This document shows, in pieces, positions 62,134-64,000 of a stretch of 64,000 nt of DNA. Within the stretch, counting starts at the first letter, position 1. Each line of letters begins with the position of its first letter. This DNA comes from Opitutia bacterium (GTDB lineage: Bacteria > Verrucomicrobiota > Verrucomicrobiia > Opitutales > Opitutaceae), in contig CANJVR010000001.1 of NCBI GenBank assembly GCA_947478395.1, positions 32,001-96,000 on the forward strand, written 5' to 3'. Under the pieces are notes generated by a model. It worked only from the letters and a program-made list of their open reading frames with translations. It was not told the origin of the DNA and did no database searches. Made by a program: the position numbers and the translations under genes.

Positions 62134-63102
62134 CTACACCAATCCGCAAGCCTTGCGGGCGCGTTGGCTGACAACCGTTGCCACCGCGCGGGCCCGGTCA
62201 GCACCGTCGCGCAGCACCGTCTCGACGTAGCCCAGATCCGCGGCAAGTTCAGCCCGGCGTGCGCGCGCCACGGCAAAATAATTCCAATAGTGCTCAAATA
62301 GCGCTTTCTTCAAGTCGCCGTAACCGAGTCCGCCCGCCCGCAGCCGTTGCTCAAAATCGGCGGCGACTTCGGCCGACGCGAATAGCTTGAGCAACTGGAT
62401 CGCGAGATTTTTGTCCGCGTCCGGCTTGGGTTCAGCCGGAGAACGCGAATCCATGACGATACCCATGATTTTTTTTCGCAGCACCTTCTCGTCGCCGAAA
62501 ATGTCGATCGTGTTCCCGTAGCTCTTGCTCATTTTCTGGCCGTCGAGGCCCGGGATGACGGCGACCTCTTCGCGAATCTCAGATTCCGGCACGACGAGGG
62601 TTTCACCGTAGGTCTCGTTGAACTTGATCGCCATGTCGCGCGTCATCTCGACGTGCTGTTTCTGGTCGCGCCCCACGGGCACGCGATTCGTATCGAAGAG
62701 TAAAATGTCCGCGGCCATCAGCACAGGATACGCGAACAGCCCGAAATTAGCGGAGATGCCTTTCGCCGTTTTGTCCTTATAGCTGTGCGCCCGCTCCATC
62801 AGGCCCATCGGCGCGAGCGAACCGAGCATCCACATGAGTTCGCACACCTCCGGGACGTCGCTCTGACGCCAAAAAACGCTCGTCTTCGGATCGAGCCCGC
62901 AGGCGAGCCAGTCGAGCGCGATGCCGAGCGTATTTTTGCGGCGCTCGGCGGCGTCGGTGACGGTCGTCATCGAGTGATAGTCCGCGATGAAATAGAAACA
63001 GTTGCCCCGGGTCTGGGCATCGATGGCCGGCCGCATCGCGCCGAAATAATTGCCGATGTGAAGCGTGCCGGAAGGAGTGATGCCAGTGAGCGTACGAAGC
63101 AT
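62134..63102 (-). CDS. trpS: Tryptophanyl-tRNA synthetase
   Basis: PSGTLHIGNY, YPVLMAADIL, VGRDQKQH, KMSKS. Confidence 0.97.
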   Translation of the reverse strand: MLRTLTGITPSGTLHIGNYFGAMRPAIDAQTRGNCFYFIADYHSMTTVTDAAERRKNTLGIALDWLACGLDPKTSVFWRQSDVPEVCELMWMLGSLAPMGLMERAHSYKDKTAKGISANFGLFAYPVLMAADILLFDTNRVPVGRDQKQHVEMTRDMAIKFNETYGETLVVPESEIREEVAVIPGLDGQKMSKSYGNTIDIFGDEKVLRKKIMGIVMDSRSPAEPKPDADKNLAIQLLKLFASAEVAADFEQRLRAGGLGYGDLKKALFEHYWNYFAVARARRAELAADLGYVETVLRDGADRARAVATVVSQRARKACGLV

Positions 63103-63161
63103 GGATGATTTACGATTTACGATTTTTGATACGGCAAGCCGCGATTCAGGCGACGGCCCGA

Positions 63162-63842
63162 TCAGTCGCGCCGCGGCAGGAGAGTCACACCGCCACGCGA
63201 TTTCGCGATGGTCGCCGGCGGAAGATAACCCGAAAACGCCATCGCGGGCATCACCAACGCCCGCGGCCCGAGCACGGTGCCGGGATTCAGCACGGCGTTG
63301 CAGCCCACTTCCGCACCGTCGCCCACGATCGCGCCAAATTTCCGCAGGCCGGTTTCGAACGTCTGCGTGTCGGTTCGCACGGTCACGGTTTTCTGGTCGA
63401 GCCGCAGATTCGAGCAGATCACGCCCGCGCCGAAATGCGCTCCGTTACCCAGGATCGAGTCACCGACGTAGCTGAAGTGCGGCACTTGAGCGCCGTCCAG
63501 CAGCAGGCAGTTTTTAAACTCACAGGCGTTCCCAAGCACACAATTCGACCCGACGATCACGTTGCCGCGGATAAAAGCGCCCGGCCTGATCTCGGTGCCG
63601 GCGCCAATCCAGGCGGGCCCGATGATCGTCGCATACGTCGGAAGTTTCACGGTCGGGTGCAAATACACCGAACCTTCGACGCTCACGCCGGGCGGACGCA
63701 CGGCCCCCGTCCCTTCAAATGGATGCGCCGCCAGCGCCGGGCCGATGCGTTTGAGCCATTCCCACGGCGGGATATTCGCGGGGAAATGCGCGGCAAACGA
63801 TGCAAGCGATTCGGGCAGGGCGAAGAAATCGGCGGCAATCAC
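63162..63842 (-). CDS. Stand-alone GlmU-like left-handed beta-helix acetyltransferase
   Basis: IRPGAFIRG, EFKN, PHFSYVGDSILG, GAGVICSN, KFGAIVGD; no nucleotidyltransferase domain. Confidence 0.85.
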   Translation of the reverse strand: MIAADFFALPESLASFAAHFPANIPPWEWLKRIGPALAAHPFEGTGAVRPPGVSVEGSVYLHPTVKLPTYATIIGPAWIGAGTEIRPGAFIRGNVIVGSNCVLGNACEFKNCLLLDGAQVPHFSYVGDSILGNGAHFGAGVICSNLRLDQKTVTVRTDTQTFETGLRKFGAIVGDGAEVGCNAVLNPGTVLGPRALVMPAMAFSGYLPPATIAKSRGGVTLLPRRD

Positions 63843-64000
63843 GCCGCAACCTTGCAACAAATCATCGCGCAGGGACAGCGACATTTTTCACCGGAACTCG
63901 GACCGGCCGGTTTCGGCGCGTCGGCCCGCACTTGTCATGCGCCACGTGACAACCACGCTTTCCGCGATGGTTTTCTCCCGCCACGCGTCATCACTCGCCA

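Overview
GC-rich bacterial chromosome segment; gene content and style suggest Verrucomicrobiota, probably Opitutaceae (inference). It is mostly housekeeping: miaA, trpA, tatC, ppdK, uppS-cdsA-dxr-rseP-ispG, dnaA, ligA, pyrE, prs, lpxD, tyrA-aroA-cmk-plsC, trpS, three tRNAs (His, Pro, Ala) and two ABC transporter sets. Highlights: (1) a full APC amino-acid permease fused to a HAMP/HisKA_2 histidine kinase, translationally coupled to a REC-PAS-HK-REC hybrid kinase, i.e. a candidate transceptor phosphorelay; (2) a family of about 8 MITE-like elements with CTAGAGCGGTTTAA-type termini carrying GTAG-REP hairpins, three of which bracket a 1834-bp tandem duplication of a cytochrome c-PQQ sugar dehydrogenase; (3) a 4 x 104-bp REP array; (4) a decaying defence/toxin-antitoxin islet (HNH nuclease, truncated vsr, DUF433 pseudogene, VapBC-like pair); (5) a cytidylyltransferase-GHMP kinase fusion; (6) a repeated AT-rich palindrome; (7) a tRNA-Ala with a compensatory A19-U56 elbow pair. 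All product calls come from motif recognition by eye, not database searches. Several start codons were moved downstream of the ORF-track start to the more plausible position.
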